From: Octopus sinensis
Lineage: Eukaryota
NCBI RefSeq assembly: GCF_006345805.1
Contig: NC_043002.1
Span: forward strand, 67,828,001-67,892,000
Direction: 5' to 3'
DNA: 64,000 nucleotides
A program made the translations under genes and the position numbers. The notes below the pieces were generated by a model, which worked only from the letters and a program-made list of their open reading frames with translations, was not told the DNA's origin and did not search any database. Each line of letters begins with the position of its first letter. The stretch's first letter is position 1. This document shows, one piece after another, positions 12,359 to 24,088 of this stretch.

Positions 12359-14823
12359 CATATATATGATGGGCTTCTTTCAGTTTGCGTCTACCAAATC
12401 CACTCACAAGGCTTTGGTTGGCCAGAAGCTATAGTAGAAGACACTTGCTGAAGGTGCCACGCAGTGGGACTGAACCTGGAACCCTGTGGTTGGTAAGCAA
12501 GCTACTTACCACACAGCCACTCCTCTCTTTACTCTCTTTTTTACTCTCTTTTACTCGTTTCAGTCATTTGACTGTGGCCATGCTGGAGCACCGCCTTTAG
12601 TCGAGCAAATCGACCCTGGGACTTATTCTTTGTAAGCCCAGTACTTATTCTATCGGTCCTGTTTGATTTTTTTTTTTTTTTTGTCATTCTTTACGTTCTG
12701 AGTTCAAATGCTACCAAGGTCCACTTTACCTTTTATTCTTTCAAGGTTGATAAAATAAGTACCAGTTGAGCTCTGAGGTCAATTTAGTTGATTAGCTCCC
12801 TCCCTTCAAACTTGCTGGTCTTGTGCCAAAATTTAAAACCAATTATAGTTTAAGTTTTGATAAATTCATGTCAAGGAGAAAAGAGAAAGATTACATTGTG
12901 AGCTCATCGCTTTTCCTCTAGTGAAATGATAGCCCCCAAACATTAGCTTTCACTTTTCCCTCCAGCATACAGAGTCAGCCATACCTACAATGTTCATTGT
13001 ATAATTTTTGTCAATACTGGCCACCCCAACTTTTTGCACAGATTCTGCTTTTGCTTATCGGTTAGTTTAACAAGGGGCTTCTGCTGCTTTGAATTATACA
13101 GAAGTAAATTGTACTTGAATCCTTGAAGTGTTTTAGTCAAATAAATTGACCTCATTTATCATACACAGGATGGGGTGGAGCAACACAGGTGCACACACAT
13201 ACACGTCAGGCTTCTTTTAGTTTCTGTCTACCAAATCCATTCACAAGGCTTTGGTCACCCCAAGATGACACTTGTCCAATATGCCACACAGTGGGACTGA
13301 ATTAAAAATCAAGTGGTTGCAAAGCATGTCTGTACCAAATATACAGTGCAACATTTGCAGTGGGATATGAAATATCACCCTTTCATGTTATAAAATATAC
13401 AGCCAACTAACTACATCAACTGTGTAGCCATTGATATAATATATAAATCATCATCATCATCATCGTTTAATGTTCGCTTTCCATGCTAGCATGGATTGGA
13501 CGATTTGACTGAGAGCTGGCGAACCAGATGGCTGCACCAGGCTCCAATCTTGATTTGGCAGAGTTTCTACAGCTGGATGCCCTTCCTAATGCCAACCACT
13601 TTGAGAGTGTAGTGGGTGCTTTCACAGTCAGGAGGTACTGGCAACAGTCACGGAAAATCGTGTTAGATGTTAATTCTTTCTTCTATAGAATTTGTAATTT
13701 AAAAAGAAAAAAAATTATGTTTTATGTTATCTGAAAATGTAATATCTTGAATATTGTCTTCTAGTTAAAGATAACCATACTGAAGGTACAGTGTCAGTGA
13801 TAGTCCAAGGTGTGTGGGAAAAACTGAAAGGCCTTGGTGATGCAAGAGAAGACCTCAAGCAGTTCAGGTATGTGTCTTTTTATTTATTTATTGTTCAGTC
13901 CTTTAATCATTCAGAATAAGATTATTTTTCTCTATCAGAAGTTTGTTTGTTCCTTCTTGAGCCACGCCTGGCTCATAGGGCTGATTTCCCAGTTTCCTTG
14001 GTGTATAGGTCCCCCACCTGGACAGGACGCCGGTCCATCGCAGGTGAGCTGCAAGATGCAGGTGGAAAGAGTGAGAGAAAGTTGAGGCAAAAGAGTCAGC
14101 AGAATTTCGCCATTATCTTCTACTGGAGCCACGTGGAAGTTAGGTGTTTCACTCATAAATACATACATCGCCCGGTCTGAGATTCGACCGTGAGTCCGCT
14201 GCTCTAACCATTAGGCCATGTGCCTCCACATGTTGGATCCTGCCAAAGCATCAACTCACAGTATAGAAGATGGGTATTAGATGGTGGTGGCGGTGGCACT
14301 GCTGCTACCACAGTCACCACCACCACCACCTGCAGTGTACTTATAAATGGATAGTGGCCATAGTAGATGAGGATCAATGAAGATATGGGGGGATGTGGTG
14401 TAATCAACTCTGAGGATGTTAGGCCTCAGAAACAAGATGATGGTAAAGTTTGGTGCTATGCCAGATTGATTATCTATCCAATCTATGACACCATTATTAA
14501 AAAGTGTTTTTTAAAAAATATTCTTTACTGTGACCAGTAAATTGTTTTTAAAAAAATGCAGTGAGCTTGCCTACATAAATGGATATATTGTTGTTACTTA
14601 ATTAAAACAAAATTTTCTTCTTTATTTTCAGTTCTATTCTTAAGGCAGGAGATGAAAGCAGTCCCCCTCATTACAAATCCATCTTGAGACAAATAGTTGA
14701 ATTAGTGTTTGATCCAAATAAAGTTGAATTGGTTGATGTTGAATGTAAAACTGGTGGCCTCAAAGATCTTCTGAAAACTGGTTTTGGGTAAGGAAGTAAC
14801 TATTACTTAATGTATACAACCCC

Positions 14824-14894
<71 letters not shown>

Positions 14895-16105
14895 CATATA
14901 TATATAAAAACGATAAATGTCAGCCTTTTCAAGCCTAGCCAGGCTCATGGGCCCTGTTTCCCGGTTTCTGTGGCGTATGTGTTCCCCCCAGCTGATGGGA
15001 TGCCAGTCCATCACAGCGTTACTCAAGAAACAGGAAGAGAGAGTGAGAGAAAGTTGTGGCGAAAGAGTACAACAGGGATCACCGCCACCCCCTGCTGGAG
15101 CCTTGTGGAACTTTTAGGTGTTTTCATTCAATAAACACACACAATGCCCGGTCTGGGAATTGAAACCGCGATCCTCCGACCGCAAGTCCGCTGCCCTAAC
15201 AACTGAGCCATTGCGCCTCCACACACATACTCACACACACACACACACACACACGTATATACAGGGCGCAATGTCATCAAAATTACACAAAAATGAAAAT
15301 AACGCAGACATCCCATTTTAACAGATATATTTACCAAAATTACATAAAAATATTTTTAAATACTAAAGAGTAAATTTATCCAATAAAATTATCATTGGCT
15401 TCAACCACGGCCTCCAGACGACTTCAGAATCTCCTACAATTTTTCTGAACAGTCTTCTTGTTTAAGATGGTGAATGCTGCCATAATCCTTGCCTTCAGTT
15501 CATCTTTGGTTTTCAATGAGTTTTGTTGGTCTCTCTCTCAACTGCGCCCTACACATAATAATGAAGTGGGTTGCAATCTGGGGAGTTAGGTGGCCAGATG
15601 TTAGGAGTGATGTGCTTGCAGAAATTGCCTGACAGTCATGACTGGGTTCTCCTGTTTGTGTGGCATGGTGCAGCGTCCTGTTGCCAGACACAGGTTTTCC
15701 AGTAGCCACCCTCTCTATCTCCTCCAGGCACTTGATGTATGCTTCTGTGTTGAGTCTGAGGCTGTGTGGGAAGATGAATGGAGGCATGGTGTTGCCATCA
15801 CTAGTGATCACTCCAAACACCATGATGTTGACTGGATGTTTGGCTTTTATCACTCTTCATACATGTCCTCAGACTGATACCCAAACGCTCTGAAGTGTTT
15901 GTATTGGAGCTCCTAGCGCAAATGCCAAGCAGTACAGCATGTCGTTTCCAAATTTCTGGCAGAGTGACTTACATCGTGATGCTGCTTTTCTGAGAGATGG
16001 TGCCCAACTGACCCTACTATACTGTGTAGTCGACAAAATCAAAAACAAACAATGCGCATGCACAAAATTAGAAATATAAAATGACAACAATTTATCCATT
16101 GCATC

Positions 16106-16152
<47 letters not shown>

Positions 16153-19100
16153 CGTTTAATGTCTGCCTTCCCTGCTGGTATGGGTGGGACAATATATACA
16201 TATACACTATTTCATTAAAGTTTAAAAGATCTTGAAGATTATTTCAGCTTTAATGAACTGGTACTTCGGTATTCAAGTACAATATATGTAGGTGTGCGTG
16301 TATATATATATATATATATATATAAGCAAAAATGCTAGTTCTAAAATGAATGCAATAGTTGTACTAGCAAGTAATGTACGTAGCCACTTGAACATGGCTG
16401 TTCTGTTTGAATGGACTTGACTGCAATTTTTTTAACCTCAAGAGGACATCTCTAGTTGGTTAATGATGCATACCTGCATCCAATATACTGCGAGCAGGGG
16501 AGCAAACCCCTACCACCAGCATACCAGCTTGGTTTCGGGCTATTTCTACCTCTCTTCAGTACTGGGGACCTTGTCTGCTAGAGATGGCAGTAGCTCACTT
16601 CTGCTTGCAATTTATATAAATTCTAGCAACACAGTCACTGATTTTGCAACAAGTCAAAAAGCTAGTTCTAAAATCTCTTTCAGGATCGATAAAATGAGTG
16701 CCAGTTGAACCCTGGGGTCAATGTAATCAACAAACCCCTCCCCTTAAATTTCAGGTTTTGTGCCTATAGTAGAAAGGATTATTATTATCATTGTTGTTGT
16801 TGCTGTTATTATTATTATTTCATAGGCTCTTTATGAATATCTCAAAGCCAAGACCCAATGACCATCCCCTCTTGATAATATACGTAATTGGAGGAATTAC
16901 CACAACTGAAGTCAAACAAATTAAAGACATGATGGCATCTTTAAAGACAGATACAAAGGTAAAGATTCCTATTGTGTTTTGTTTTTGTTTTGTCCTCCAT
17001 ACATATTACAACAATGAATCGAAACCAGCAGGTTCTTGGTGAGTTAGGCTAAAAAACTAGATTCCTCAAAATTACATGAAAAATAAATGTTTTTAATTCC
17101 CCTTCATGTGGATAATGATGCATTACTGCATGTGAAAATTTAAGAGGTAAATGTTATTTTTGAATTTATAACAGTGAAATTATTGTTATAGAAAAGGAGA
17201 AATTGTTTGTTTTTCTTTTCTTTTACAACTTATTAAGGGTAAGAGGCTTGTCTAATTTAAAAAATAAAATTTTTATGCACTGTGAAAAACTTGTCTGCTC
17301 ATGAGGTAATATTACCTTACTTGGCAACAGGTGAGGATTGGTGACAGGAAGGGCTTCTGAACATGGAAAATCCACCTCAGCAAATTCCATCTGACTCATG
17401 CAAGCATAGAGGTGGATGTCAAAACACTGAAGAAGATGATGATGATGACACACGCACATATGTATATGTGCAGGCATGGCTGTGTGGTTAAGAAGTTCAC
17501 TTCTCAGCCATGTGGTCTCAAGTTCAGTCCCACTGCACAGCAGCTTGGGCAGGTGTCTTCTATTATTGTAATTTCAAATTAGAAGGGAAATAATTGTAAT
17601 TTCAAATGTGATGGGAAAAGATGATTGCAATTTCATGTGCAGAAGGGAAACAATTGAAATTTCAAATGTGTTGCATAAAAGAAAAAAAATGTTCTTATAG
17701 ATTTATACCGATTGAATTTGATTGATTGTTTCCACAGTATTTTCTAAAAAAAAAAATAATATCTATGTATAGAAGTGTATATATGTGTGTATGAGTAATG
17801 TATGTGTCTATGAGTAACATGTAAGAACCAAGTCTTAATAAGCATTCACATAAGAGTCACAATTGCTAAAAATAATGATAGACTCAACTAATATGTTGTA
17901 CCCTCTGGCAAGATGACAGTTGACTATTCACAAACAAGCTCCACTGGCACAGTTAAGTAGTTAGTAATAGAAATGACATCCTGCTGTGAAAATTATTATT
18001 GCAACAATGTGCAGAATATCCAAATATCTAAAATGCTTCTCCTTTGTGTTGGCATGAGAGAAAAAATAGATGTTGAAAAGAAAATTCTTTAAAAAAGACA
18101 GCACAACTAAATTTTGACTTTAATTCTTGGTTTCAAGTTTTTGCACAAAGCCTGCAATTTTGGGGAGAGAGGGGTTAAGTTGATTCTATCAACCTCAGTG
18201 TTTAACTGGTACTAACTTTATCATCCTCGGCACCATTTAAACTCATAACTTAAAGTCAGAAGAAATGCCACTTAGCATTTTCTCTAGTGCAGTAACGATT
18301 CTGCCAGCTTGCTGCCTTAACTTTAACTTTAACTAGCATTATTGCCTGGCATTGCTCAGGTTTGTTTCGACCCTTTAGAATTAAAATTTTTGAAAAGTAA
18401 AAGTTTTGCATTATGTAGCTTGTTATTCTCTTTAAGTGAACATTTTTCTGGTTGAAATACACCGAAAAATGGCAACACAGCAGTAAAAAAATCGTAAAAA
18501 ATAGGGATTTTCATAGAAAAAAGCACCTTTTCCATGTAAATAATTTTTGGTGTTAACATGGTCCGATTTGAATTTTTTCTTCTACAGAAGGAAGAGCAAG
18601 CCTTCTTCTATCATACTTTCAATTTTGGTCAACTTGCGCCACAGGGTCTTGGAGGAGATAGTGTTAGTTGAAGGCTGCCATACACAGACAACTTCAGCTT
18701 TATATATATAGATTACCAATAATCAGACGTAGGGTTGTGCACTGAAGAAGTTCACTTTGCCACTTTGTGGTTCTATGTTTGATTCTGCTGTGCAGTACCT
18801 TGGGCAAGTGACTTTTCAATAGCTCCAGGTTGACCAGTACCGCGTGAGAGGAAGTTTGGTAGATAGAAACTAAGCAGAACCCTATCACTGAGTTTATTTG
18901 CTCATATGGGATTGATTGAAACCCGGGAGATAAAAACAGCAATCCTATTCTGTAATGTACCACAAAAGCATTGTGAGTGTTTCATAAAATCCCTGAAGAC
19001 ATAAAGGATTTTATCATCATCATCATCATCATTTTAACATCCACTTTTCCATGATTGTGTGGGTCAGACACAATTTATTGAGGCAAAATGAGGATGCCCT

Positions 19101-20520
19101 TCCTGTTTCCAAGCAAGCTAATATTTCCACATTACCAGACATGTTTTCACAGAATATTAGAAATAAGTGACATTCTTTTATAACAATCACATGTCCAGAC
19201 AAGGAGACACACACACACACAAACATGCATATATACAACAGGCTTCTTTCAGTTTCTATTTACCAAAATCCACTCAGAAGGCTTTGTTTGGCTCTGGGCC
19301 ATTGTAGAGAAATATTCCTTAAGGTACCAATGATTTAAAATTTAGAAAGTGAACATGAAAAATAAGATGATCAATGAATCATTTTCACATTTTTCTTTGA
19401 TTAATTTCAAACCTGAAGTCTGTATGTAGTAATAGCAGCCAAATCTCCCTTAAGTAACAGATTATTCTCTTAAAAGAAAAAGAGGACACATTAAATCATG
19501 TGGTCCTAGATATGGTGTCTGAAAAAGAAAATGAGAGAAAAAGACTGGATGGTCATTACTGGAATGTCTTTGATGATCGATCTTCTTGCTCAGGAATAAC
19601 ATGGGATTAAACAACTATCCAAACCTGTCTTTCCCTATAAAACAGAAGACCTTGATATGTCACTTTATATAATTTCTTCTGAGGATTTGAATTGAGATAT
19701 GTAACATTTTTACAGCATATGAGTTCATGGCTGTTTCCTGCACCAGCTTCACATAGAAGCCCCAGCCCATCCAAAGTCCCTTGGATCACAGGACGGCCTG
19801 CTGTGCTTACCTTGGATCGTAGGGCAACCTGCTGTGCTTGAGGAGACCTACTGAGTCAAGTACATCAGCATAAAAAAAATCAAATGGAAATTGTAGTTGT
19901 GATACCCGATGCCAGCGCTGCCTTGACTGGCTTCCATGCTGGTGGCACGTAAAAAGCACCAACCGATCGTGGCCGTTGCCAGCCTCCCCTGGCACCTGTG
20001 CTGGTGGCACGTAAAAAGCATCCACTACACTCATGGAGCGGTTGGCATTAGGAAGGGCATCCAGCTGTAGAAACACTGCCAGATCAGACTGAAGCCTGGT
20101 GCAGCCTCCTGGCTTCCCAGACCCTGGTCAAACCATCCAACCCATGCTAGCATGGAAAACGGACGTTAAACGATGATGATGATGGAATTGGTAAAATACA
20201 CCATTGTAAAGAGTGTGATGATTTCAAAGAAATACTCATTCTCTCTCTATCCGTCTGTCCATCCATCTATTCATTCATTCATCTCTCCCTATTTTTTATT
20301 ATATATTAATATTTTTGCAGCTACTTTCCTCTTTTTCTCCCTTCCCTTAAGTTAATACCTTAGCAATTTTATTAACTTTTCCAAAGATTTTGCTAACTTA
20401 AAATGTTTCTCTCTCTTTATTGAATATTTACAGATTTTATTTGGGAGTACACAGCTTGTGAATCCACTCAGTCTTGCAGTGTCAGTCTTATGTGAAAATA
20501 GAATGAACCCTTGTATATAA
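853..20520 (+). CDS. SCFD2: SCFD2 (Sec1 family domain-containing protein 2), 5'-partial; join(853..984,2277..2449,3524..3641,4583..4704,7416..7637,8934..9033,10921..10984,13765..13867,14632..14787,16826..16958,20434..20520)
   Basis: The 11 exons total 1410 nt (469 aa + TAA). All introns are GT-AG and the phases chain consistently (0,2,0,2,2,0,1,2,2,0). Peptides ASVIFVDRSLDIVGAVGH, IAPGCL, GGLKDLLKTGFG and SKPRPNDHPLLIIYVIGGITTTEVKQIKDM match my recollection of vertebrate SCFD2 (ASLIFVDRTLDLVGAVGH, VAPGCL, GLTDLLKTGFS, SRPHPSDYPLLILFVVGGVTVSEVKMVKDL). Confidence 0.93.
2277..2449 (+). CDS. SCFD2: SCFD2 exon 2 (NCASKASVIFVDRSLDIVGAVGH...RPDS)
   Basis: Acceptor aaatag|, donor |gtaagt; contains the Sec1-type IFVDRSLD motif. 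Confidence 0.93.
2792..3012. mobile_element. piggyBac-type MITE
   Basis: TTAA at 2788-2791 and 3013-3016; TIRs CCCTTTCGTTACC / GGTAATAAAAGGG. Confidence 0.85.
3524..3641 (+). CDS. SCFD2: SCFD2 exon 3 (VSEKPVSSDEPAIAPGCLVS...NNQK)
   Basis: Acceptor tgaatag|, donor |gtattt; completes the phase-2 codon of exon 2; APGCL motif. Confidence 0.88.
4583..4704 (+). CDS. SCFD2: SCFD2 exon 4 (EAMSEINTSILQAAVEEKLPVK...LNLF)
   Basis: Acceptor ctctacag|, donor |gtatgt; aligns to the EAVMEV..EAASRENLPIK region. Confidence 0.9.
5474..5737. repeat. 132-bp direct tandem duplication in SCFD2 intron 4
   Basis: Two copies of ...ttc(g/a)ggtcatcattgaaagtaagc...tggaaattggtaaaaat, differing at about 2 positions. 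Confidence 0.9.
5860..6310 (-). mobile_element. Two SINE family B copies (head GGCGGCGAGCTGGCAGAATCGTTAGC, core GTCGACTTTGCCTTTCATCC)
   Basis: Homologous to copies at 36130-36545, 46090-46490 and 52108-52330. Confidence 0.8.
6730..7098 (+). mobile_element. SINE family D (GGCGTTAGGAAGGGCATCCAGCTG core, GTTAAAC+(GAT)n tail)
   Basis: Shared core with 8620-8875, 9527-9860, 11220-11410, 13448-13625, 19880-20185 and 59052-59372. Confidence 0.8.
7416..7637 (+). CDS. SCFD2: SCFD2 exon 5 (GRYDVIQKHLAAIQVALAAIQT...HEG)
   Basis: Acceptor tttccag|, donor |gtaatt; inside track ORF 7333..7641. Confidence 0.9.
8620..8875 (+). mobile_element. SINE family D copy upstream of SCFD2 exon 6
   Basis: Family core plus (GAT)n tail at about 8851-8875. 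Confidence 0.8.
8934..9033 (+). CDS. SCFD2: SCFD2 exon 6 (LYSLDDIWCLLLYCYSLAG...GLQ)
   Basis: Acceptor tttttcag|, donor |gtaatt; matches the YSPEELLILLIYIYS-like segment. Confidence 0.9.
9245..9408. mobile_element. Decayed Tc2/pogo-like MITE
   Basis: TA at 9243-9244 and 9409-9410; TIRs CTATATTTACTCATGTATAAGTCAC versus (reverse complement) TTGTATTTACTTGAGTATAAGCCAC. Confidence 0.65.
9527..9860 (-). mobile_element. SINE family D copy, inverted relative to 8620-8875, with an internal 30-bp tandem duplication
   Basis: Starts with (CAT)n-TTTAATGTCC; TATGTATCACAAA recurs at 9711 and 9741. Confidence 0.75.
10542..10731. mobile_element. piggyBac-type MITE, second copy of the 2792-3012 family
   Basis: TTAA at 10538-10541 and 10732-10735; TIRs CCCTTTCATTACC / GTAACGAAAGGG; internal sequence homologous, with a deletion. 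Confidence 0.85.
10921..10984 (+). CDS. SCFD2: SCFD2 exon 7 (AGIVKEILIELKNLPPITKAL)
   Basis: Acceptor atttcag|, donor |gtaaga; phase 0 in and phase 1 out fits both neighbours. Confidence 0.85.
12088..12524 (-). mobile_element. tRNA-derived SINE family A, full length, with central (TA)n/(CA)n
   Basis: Head GGAGTGGCTGTGTGGTAAG...GGTTCAGTCCC (A/B-box-like) and tail GAAAAGAGTAAAAGAG. A second 3' fragment follows at about 12526-12660. Confidence 0.85.
13765..13867 (+). CDS. SCFD2: SCFD2 exon 8 (VKDNHTEGTVSVIVQGVWEKLKGLGDAREDLKQF)
   Basis: Acceptor cttctag| (an in-frame alternative AG lies 6 nt downstream), donor |gtatgt; matches the LRDIAGARSLLKQF-like segment. Confidence 0.88.
13938..14230 (-). 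mobile_element. tRNA-derived SINE family C
   Basis: Head GTGGAGGCACATGGCCTAATGGTTAG; homologous to 14915-15222, 21235-21515 and 46770-47035. Confidence 0.8.
14632..14787 (+). CDS. SCFD2: SCFD2 exon 9 (SILKAGDESSPPHYKSILRQIVELVFDP...LKDLLKTGFG)
   Basis: Acceptor ttttcag|, donor |gtaagg; strong DLLKTGF motif. Confidence 0.94.
14915..15222 (-). mobile_element. tRNA-derived SINE family C
   Basis: Head GTGGAGGCGCAATGGCTCAGTTGTTAGGGCAGCGGAC. Confidence 0.8.
15262..16108 (-). mobile_element. Internally deleted maT-type (DD37D) mariner transposon relic
   Basis: TA flanks; imperfect TIRs CAGGGCGCAATG / CAGGATGCAATG. Encodes KHPVNIMVFGVITSDG and, after a frameshift, WQQDAAPCHT...WPPNSPDCNPLHYY. There are 37 residues between the QQD Asp and the third catalytic position, which is now His. 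Contains stop codons. Confidence 0.88.
16826..16958 (+). CDS. SCFD2: SCFD2 exon 10 (LFMNISKPRPNDHPLLIIYVIGGITTTEVKQIKD...TK)
   Basis: Acceptor ttcatag|, donor |gtaaag; Sec1 domain-3 type IGG-T--E motif. Confidence 0.95.
19880..20185 (+). mobile_element. SINE family D
   Basis: Family core and GTTAAACGATGATGATG tail. Confidence 0.8.
20434..20520 (+). CDS. SCFD2: SCFD2 terminal exon (ILFGSTQLVNPLSLAVSVLCENRMNPCI*)
   Basis: Acceptor atttacag|; GST-L--P motif typical of SM-protein C-termini; TAA at 20518-20520. Confidence 0.9.
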   Translation: MLFGSTQLVNPLSLAVSVLCENRMNPCI

Positions 20521-20575
20521 AAAAAAAATGAAGAAAGAAATTTCTAAATACATATACATATATATGTACATGTGT

Positions 20576-20581
20576 AATAAA
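20576..20581 (+). terminator. Candidate polyadenylation signal AATAAA for SCFD2
   Basis: First AATAAA after the stop codon, followed by a T/GT-rich tract at about 20600-20640. No transcript data. Confidence 0.45.
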
Positions 20582-21234
20582 ACAAAGGTATTGCTCAGCA
20601 TTTTGATTTTTTTGTATTATTTTATGTTTGTGATGGATGTCTGGTGGAATGTAGTTTTCTTGAGGTCACTTTTTATACCCAGTTGAAATTATGTCCTTCA
20701 CTCTTAAGAATTATGTCTATGACTACTTTATCCAATGTGTCCATTCCTTATCCAACCCTTTGATACCAACATGCTTAAGGATGCTCTTGGTTACATCATA
20801 CAAACCTCCTGTTTTAAAGTAATTCGAGTTTGCATCTTCCATTAAAATTTCATCTTTATTTTCCAAATACCAGCTTAATAGTGACAAAGTTATTTTATTA
20901 AATTCTTCATTCATTGTTTTCAAAATTAATTGAAACAAAGGAAGTGTGTTTTTCAACAGAAATATGGTAATAAGAGGGTTAAGGTGGCAGAGTGTGGTTT
21001 TGAAGAAGATTGAACTGCTACTTCTAGTAGGTTGAATAACCATGCAGAGGCTTTTTTGTTGGCTTGCATATGAGTGTATGTGTGTGTGAGTGTGGCAAGG
21101 AGGGGGATAACTCTCTTTATCATTTGATTAGTTAGTAACCTCAAGATGTAAAAATAAAAAAATTACTCTTCCAAGCAAATGTGTAAAACATACCACGTAT
21201 ACTGGGATAAAAAAAAAATGAATATAAAGCAGGC

Positions 21235-21515
21235 TATCAGATGTTGTTACACGTCGCTGGTCACAATGCGCTTTGCATTGATTTAGCCTTCAAATGACGC
21301 CGCCACGCTGGCTAAGCGAGCAGGCCGACAGAAGAAAGAGTGAGAGAAAGTTGTGGCGAAAAGAGTACAGCAGGGATTGCCACCACCCCCTGCCGGAGCC
21401 TTGTGGAGTTTTACGTGTTTTCGCTCAATAAACACTCGCAATGCCTGGTCTGGAAATCAAAATCGCGATCCTATGACCGCAAGTCCGCTGCCCTAGCCAC
21501 TGAGCCATTGCACCT
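21235..21515 (-). mobile_element. tRNA-derived SINE family C variant
   Basis: Shares GAGTGAGAGAAAGTTGTGGCGAAAAGAGTAC with the other C copies. Confidence 0.75.
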
Positions 21516-21949
21516 GCACAGTAGTAAATATAATAGAATAAAATATGAACAAGCAGTTGCAAAGCATGAAGCCATTTAAAACATATTTATAAGGAAAAGA
21601 GTATAAAAATATATAAATTTGGCTAAATTTATGTATTCTTGTACTCTCTTCTATATAAACATGTTATAAGTGATTTGATGCCTTGCAACTGTTTGTACAT
21701 CTTTTATTCTGTTACACCTACATCAGCTTGACCTGTACATTGCTTACAGTCAATTCTTATTTCTACAAATCCTGTATTCCTTCACTTAACATTGGTCTGA
21801 TCTGAGCATTTATTGTGTGTATATATTTTTTGGCATTGTCTTACCTATTACTTATAAAGCAATAGAAAAATACATGCACATATGTATATCATAACTCATA
21901 CACTGTTCACTTCCCTGACTTTTGTACATAATTCTGTACATGCACCTTT

Positions 21950-22235
21950 ATAATAATAATAATAATGAAATTATTGTATTCAGTGCTCAGGTGCACCACA
22001 ACTTGTCAAAAGTGCATATAAAGCATATGCAGTAATGTACAAATGTCTGGAAAGTGAACAGTGTATGAGTCAGATACATGCTTGCGTGTGTATGGAGGGG
22101 TGAAAATCAGGTGTAGTGTTGGCGAATCTTGGGAAGCATGGAAGTTTTGAAGGATGTAGTGCTCTGACAACTAACAACTGATGCCAGCAGTTTGTTCCAT
22201 ACTTCAGCAACTTTGATGTGTTGTAGTGCACCTGA
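21950..22235 (-). mobile_element. CR1/L2-group LINE 3' end
   Basis: Highly similar to 350-615; (ATT)n tail. Confidence 0.75.
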
Positions 22236-22591
22236 ACACTATACACAACAATTTCATTATTATCATTATATAAAATTAACACTTTCTACCAATAGATGAT
22301 TGTATGTGGTCTGGTGTTCATTAGCTACATCTATCAAAATACATGTTCTTTTTTTTTCTTTTTTTGGCTTTGGTCCCATTCATCATTATGCAACTGATAA
22401 TAGGAATATCATACAACTGTATTTCATTTATTATAGCAATATGCTAATTACTAATTTATTTGTTTTGAGGACTTATATGTGATTCAATCATATTATACAG
22501 GGCCAAAACATATAAAAAAAAAGAAAGAAAATTCCATTGCCTTGAATGTTAAATATACTCTTGGATGTCTCTTAGCTGATGATTCCAAATA

Positions 22592-22817
22592 TAATAATCC
22601 CTCAATAATTGCAGGTGTTACTTTCCACCCACCCCACCCACTGGCGATAGGTGAAAATCTGCAAAGTAGAAACAGTACTGTATATTTTTTTAAAATCATT
22701 TTTATAATTTGTATGTATTTATTTTATTATAAATGCAAAACAACATCACAGAGGAATTGACGTAGGCTTAAATAATAAACCGTGATAGGTGAACTGTGAT
22801 ATGGCAAGGAATTACTG
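22592..22817. mobile_element. Tigger-like MITE
   Basis: TA flanks; ends TAATAATCCCTC...GGAATTACTG; homologous along its length to 62712-62928. Confidence 0.75.
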
Positions 22818-23064
22818 TAAACCATCAGCCTTGTTCTATCAATTCTAGTTTTGAAGATGCAGCATACCCCTTTATGTGCCAGTATATCAACTCAGGACTC
22901 TCAGTATTGCCCACTGAATATATGAAATATGAATTTTTTATAACATCTCTTATATGGCACCATCAAAAAACATTGTTTCAAATTTTTCTGTGGGTCAGTC
23001 TATGTAATTTACTGCTGAAAATAAACTGATATATTAATAAATGGTTTTAGTAGTATGTAATAGT

Positions 23065-23440
23065 TCAATAATAATAAATATAATGAAATTATTGTGTAAA
23101 GTGTTCAGGTGCACTACAACTCATCCAAGGTGCATGTATAGTACATAGAATTATGTACAAAAGTCAGGAAAGTGAACAGTCATGGCATATATGTGTGCAT
23201 GCACAGGGAGGGTGGGCTATCAGGTGTAGTGTTGGTGAATTTCAGGAAGCATGGAGGTTTTAAAGGATGCAATGTCTCAGCAAGTAATAATTGATGCAGG
23301 TAGTTTGTTCCATGCTTCAGCAACTCTGAGTGTGAAAAAAGTGTTTCTGAAAGTCATGGAAGCTGTTCTGTTTTCTGACTTTTTAGGCATACCCACATGT
23401 GTTAGACACATGGAACTCAAAAAGGTGCTCAAGGTGGTTG
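23065..23440 (-). mobile_element. CR1/L2-group LINE 3' end, more diverged
   Basis: Homologous to 350-700. Confidence 0.7.
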
Positions 23441-23718
23441 TTGGGTGCATGGCTTAGTGGTTAAGGTGTTGCACACAAGATCATGGTTTTGATTCCCTGA
23501 CCAGTCGGTGCATTATGTTCTTGAGCAATACACTTCATTGCTCCAGTCCACCCAGTTGTAAATGAGTAACCCTGCAACAAAGTGGTGCCCCATTCAGGGA
23601 GAAAGTTGTTGTCTCAGTCACTTGTGCAACATGGAAACCAGCCCCATGAGTCCTAAGACTTGAGACAGCAATATTTAGGATGATATTTGTCCATCTTATC
23701 CAAATTTTAATAATTCAT

Positions 23719-24088
23719 ACTCTTTACTCATTTGACTGTGGCCATGCTGGAGTACTGCCTTTAGTCAAGCAAATCGACCCCAGGACTTATTCTTTGTAAG
23801 CCTAGTACTTATTCTATCAGTCTCTTTTACCGAACTGCTAAGTTATGGAGACTTATACACACCACCATCGGTTGTCAAGTGATGTTGGGGGTACAAACAG
23901 ACATACAAACATACACACACACATATATACATATATACGACGGGCTTCTTTCAGTTTCCATCTACCAAATCCACTCACAAGGCTTTGCTATAGTAGAAGA
24001 CACTTGCCCAAGGTGCCACGTAGTGGGACTGAACCTGGAACCATGTGGTTGGTAAGCAAGCTACTTACCACACAGCCACTCCTATGCC
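23719..24088 (-). mobile_element. tRNA-derived SINE family A
   Basis: Homologous to 12088-12524. Confidence 0.85.
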
